Part shown: one piece after another, positions 61,033-64,000 of the stretch
Numbering within the stretch: position 1 is the stretch's first letter
Layout: each line of letters begins with the position of its first letter
Source: Trueperaceae bacterium
GTDB taxonomy: Bacteria; Deinococcota; Deinococci; Deinococcales; Trueperaceae
DNA: 64,000 nucleotides
Assembly: GCA_965213705.1 (NCBI GenBank)
Contig: OZ243913.1
Location: forward strand, 2,176,001 to 2,240,000
Reading direction: 5' to 3'
Notes under the pieces: generated by a model
Told to the model about the DNA's origin: nothing
Seen by the model: the letters and a program-made list of their open reading frames with translations, nothing else
Database searches by the model: none
Program-made: the position numbers and the translations under genes

Positions 61033-61896
61033 TTAGTATCCAGGAGGTGTGCCGCTTTCGTGTTTTTCATAGATGTACTTGAGTTCATTTGTGGCGTGGT
61101 GATTTATCCAAGTCAACTCAATCAAATTACGGTGATTACCTGATTCAAAACTAAGTCTTCGAGGTCTAAAAACTAAGTCATCCGAAATACTTCCTCTATC
61201 CAGAATCAAAACGAAAGGAATTCCGTAAGTCCGAAACTTGAAGTTTGTCACACCTCCGGTTTCGGAAAATTCAATTATTGCTTGCGCACTATTAAAAAGA
61301 TTGGTAATTGCCTCTTGTCTAATGTACAAGCCATTATCTTTTCCAAATGAGGTAGTTTGACAAAGCCTATCAATCAGGTTTGGATGTATTTTATGATGGC
61401 GGTGATTACTGGAGAGGATAGAAAGAAGCGTTTTTAAAAGCCAAAGCTCTAAATCTTCTCCACAAACTATATTGAACGAGCTTGAATTATTACTTCCCTT
61501 ATATATTGAATCCAAAATTCTAAAAAAACGACCGGCCTCAGCGTCTAGAGGAGATAGCAAGTTGTTGTGATAGGTACACAAAACTTTTGATGTGAGATGT
61601 TCCGGGGTTAGGATTTTCACATTCCCATTTGCCCAAGGAAGCCCAGTAACTTTGAGAGATTCCCCCAGTGTTATTTCCTCCAAAATATTCCGCGAGATAA
61701 AATGCTCTTTCGAGATTTTGGTACTGCAGTCGTTAGTAGTATGGAGATAACACTTGTTGTGGCTATAGTTCTTTGGTTGAGGTTTATAGTTGTAGCGCGG
61801 AATTTTGAGCCACAAATTACCAACCAAACAACAATCCTGTGAACGTTTACCACTACCGCAAGGACACAAATCTGTTGGTTCAGAAATCAGCGTCAT
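61033..61896 (-). CDS. SEC-C-motif protein with an HNH-like Cys/His segment (AT-rich)
   Basis: CPCGSGKRSQDCC; CYL...SKEHFISRNIL...LCTYHNNLLSPLD. Confidence 0.7.
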   Translation of the reverse strand: MTLISEPTDLCPCGSGKRSQDCCLVGNLWLKIPRYNYKPQPKNYSHNKCYLHTTNDCSTKISKEHFISRNILEEITLGESLKVTGLPWANGNVKILTPEHLTSKVLCTYHNNLLSPLDAEAGRFFRILDSIYKGSNNSSSFNIVCGEDLELWLLKTLLSILSSNHRHHKIHPNLIDRLCQTTSFGKDNGLYIRQEAITNLFNSAQAIIEFSETGGVTNFKFRTYGIPFVLILDRGSISDDLVFRPRRLSFESGNHRNLIELTWINHHATNELKYIYEKHESGTPPGY

Positions 61897-61916
61897 AGGT
61901 ACAAAACTACTTTCTT

Positions 61917-63272
61917 TTAATGAATGTCAATGTCGTGCTCGTCGCGGTAGCGCTTCATCGCGTCCCACTCTACGGTCACTTCGGGCCGCTCCCGCGTAAT
62001 CTCGCCCCAGGTTGTGTGCGGAATGTCAGGCGGCACCTCAATCATGCTGATACAGCCGTCCACCGGACACACCAGCGAACAGAGGTTGCAGCCGACGCAG
62101 TCGTCCTCGCGCACCACCGGCTGCGGTTTCACAAAGCCCGTGTAGAGCGCCGGGTCGATTTTCACGCCGTCCACGCTCAGGTCGATGCACTGGTGCGCGC
62201 CCTCGTCGCAGGCCACGTAGCAGAGGTTGCAGTGAATGCACTTCGCCTCGTCGATGCGCGCCACGACTTTGTAAGCGAGGTCGAGTTCGTTGAACGACGA
62301 ATAGCGCGGCGCGCTGGCCCCGATAATCTCCGTGACCGAGGCCGCGCCCTTTTCGTCGAGCCAGTTCGACAATCCGTCGGTGAGGTCGTCGATGAGCCGG
62401 AAACCGTAGTGCATCACAGCGGTGCAAACCTGCAAGCTCGTCGCGCCGAGGAGCAAAAACTCCGCCGCGTCCCGCCAGGTCTGGATGCCGCCCATGCCCG
62501 AAACGGGAATTCGGAAGTCGCTCGTCTCGGGCAACTGCATCGTCTCGGAGAGCATACTGAGCGCGATGGGTTTGACCGCCGGCCCCGCGTAGCCGCCGTG
62601 CCCGCCCTTGCCGCCGACGTTGGGCCGCAGTTGAAACGAGTCCAAGTCCACCCCGACGACCGAGTTTATGGTGTTGATGAGGCTGAGCGCGTGGGCCTTG
62701 CCGTCGATGGCGGCCCTTGCCGGCTTCTTAATATCCGTGATGTTCGGCGTGAGCTTCACGATGACCGGAATTTGGGCGACGCTCGTCACCCACTCGGTAA
62801 TCATGGTGCAGTATTCGGGCACCTGCCCGACCGCCGAGCCCATGCCGCGCTCGCTCATGCCGTGCGGACAGCCGTAATTCAGTTCGATGGCGTCCGCGCC
62901 GGTATCCTCGATACGCCGCACCGCGTCTTGCCAGACTTGCGGGTCGGACTCGAACATCGCCGAGACGACCAGCACGCGCTCGGGCCAGAGGCGCTTGACC
63001 TCGGCGATTTCGCGCAGGTTAGTTTCCAAGGGTCTATCGGAAATCAGTTCGATGTTGTTGATGGCGGCGAGCTTGTTGCCGTTATATTCCCAGCCGCCGT
63101 AGCGCGACGACACGTTTAAGACCGGCGTGCCGATGGTTTTCCAGACCGCGCCGCCCCAGCCGTACTCGAACGCCTTACAAACCTGGTAAGCGCTGTTCGT
63201 CGGCGGGGCCGAGGCGAGCCAGAAGGGGTTGGGTGAGGTGACGCCTGCGAAGTTGATGGATAGGTCGGCCAT
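61917..63272 (-). CDS. preA: NAD-dependent dihydropyrimidine dehydrogenase subunit PreA
   Basis: NPFWLASAPPT, NNIELI, ELNYGCPHGMSERGMG, KLTPNI, two 4Fe-4S motifs. Confidence 0.95.
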   Translation of the reverse strand: MADLSINFAGVTSPNPFWLASAPPTNSAYQVCKAFEYGWGGAVWKTIGTPVLNVSSRYGGWEYNGNKLAAINNIELISDRPLETNLREIAEVKRLWPERVLVVSAMFESDPQVWQDAVRRIEDTGADAIELNYGCPHGMSERGMGSAVGQVPEYCTMITEWVTSVAQIPVIVKLTPNITDIKKPARAAIDGKAHALSLINTINSVVGVDLDSFQLRPNVGGKGGHGGYAGPAVKPIALSMLSETMQLPETSDFRIPVSGMGGIQTWRDAAEFLLLGATSLQVCTAVMHYGFRLIDDLTDGLSNWLDEKGAASVTEIIGASAPRYSSFNELDLAYKVVARIDEAKCIHCNLCYVACDEGAHQCIDLSVDGVKIDPALYTGFVKPQPVVREDDCVGCNLCSLVCPVDGCISMIEVPPDIPHTTWGEITRERPEVTVEWDAMKRYRDEHDIDIH

Positions 63273-63378
63273 AAAGGAGTTGTTAGTTGTTCGTTATTGG
63301 TTGTTCGTCAAAAAACTGAAAACCAAAAACTGAAAACTAAGAACGCTCACCTCCTGAGTTGAATGAATAGACCATAAG

Positions 63379-63843
63379 TCAGCCCTCCGGGAAAAAGTCT
63401 TCGTTTAGGATTTGCTCGAGCGTGTATGGGCAGGTTTCGGGAAAGGTCTCGAGACCTAAGCCTGTTTCTTCACTGGCGTCTTGGCTAGCATCTTCGTAAA
63501 CACCGTCGAGAACGGTGAGTACATAGGTTCTCTCGAGGCTCGGACTGTCTTTAAAGACGAGCCTCAACCGACGACGCTGTTCACGGATGGTTGAGCGCCA
63601 ACTGCGTGTGCGCTTGTCAGGTTGAAATTGGAGTTTGAGCAAGTGCATTATCAAAACCGTCAAGCGGTTGTAAGCCTCGCGTTTGTCGCTGCGTCCGATT
63701 GATTCGACCTCCTCGGCTAGGTTTTCCAAGTCGAGTTCGTCCACACGCCCCTGACGCAAAAGTTCCGCCTGCTCCATGAGCCACAGGTAAAAGTCCTCGT
63801 CATAGGGCGTTGCCTTGGGTTGCTCGAGAACTTTGCTGCTCAC
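63379..63843 (-). CDS. DUF29-family protein
   Basis: YDEDFYLW...LDLENLAEE...HLLK...RSWRSTI...FPETCPY. Confidence 0.9.
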   Translation of the reverse strand: MSSKVLEQPKATPYDEDFYLWLMEQAELLRQGRVDELDLENLAEEVESIGRSDKREAYNRLTVLIMHLLKLQFQPDKRTRSWRSTIREQRRRLRLVFKDSPSLERTYVLTVLDGVYEDASQDASEETGLGLETFPETCPYTLEQILNEDFFPEG

Positions 63844-64000
63844 CTCGAGTCCCCGCTCTTTTCAAGAGCAGACGTTTCGAGCCATGTCTGAATACTCCGC
63901 GCCGCAACCTTGCCGTCTTGCGCCGCCGTCACGGTCATGGCGTCACCGATGAGGCGGACACAGTCGCCGCCCGCGAAGACCTTGGGGTTCGAAGTGCGCA
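63840..64000 (-). CDS. preT: dihydropyrimidine dehydrogenase subunit PreT, C-terminal fragment (runs off the window)
   Basis: RTSNPKVFAGGDCV...TVTAAQDGKVAARSI; upstream of preA. Confidence 0.75.
   Translation of the reverse strand, partial: RTSNPKVFAGGDCVRLIGDAMTVTAAQDGKVAARSIQTWLETSALEKSGDSR

Overview
GC-rich bacterial chromosome segment. The gene set (hisS, icd, mglA/mglB, topoisomerase IB) looks Deinococcota-like, but that assignment is inference. The centre is a ~26-kb integrative island (8146-34132) inserted in the 3' half of a tRNA-CAU. It is bounded by a 47-bp direct repeat and TGGCACAC arm-type sites and has a frameshifted tyrosine integrase. The island carries a complete type I-E CRISPR-Cas system with two arrays of different repeat variants, a Cas3 fused to an HTH-WYL regulator, five type II toxin-antitoxin modules, an ArdC-like gene and relics of a deleted mobilisation module. 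The most notable signal lies in the apparently non-coding gap between a RelE/HTH TA pair and cas8e. There, a degenerate repeat-spacer-repeat unit has a 25-nt spacer matching (19/25, AAG PAM) a site just upstream of a sigma70-type promoter, which drives a short, structured, terminated transcript. This is the layout of a CreTA/CreR-like Cascade-regulated module. Outside the island are housekeeping genes, IS701, an IS1 that breaks an S41 peptidase, a HEPN/MNT pair flanked by a duplicated ywbE 3' end, an acyl-CoA ligase plus Liv-type ABC operon, and a reductive pyrimidine-catabolism cluster interrupted by foreign genes.
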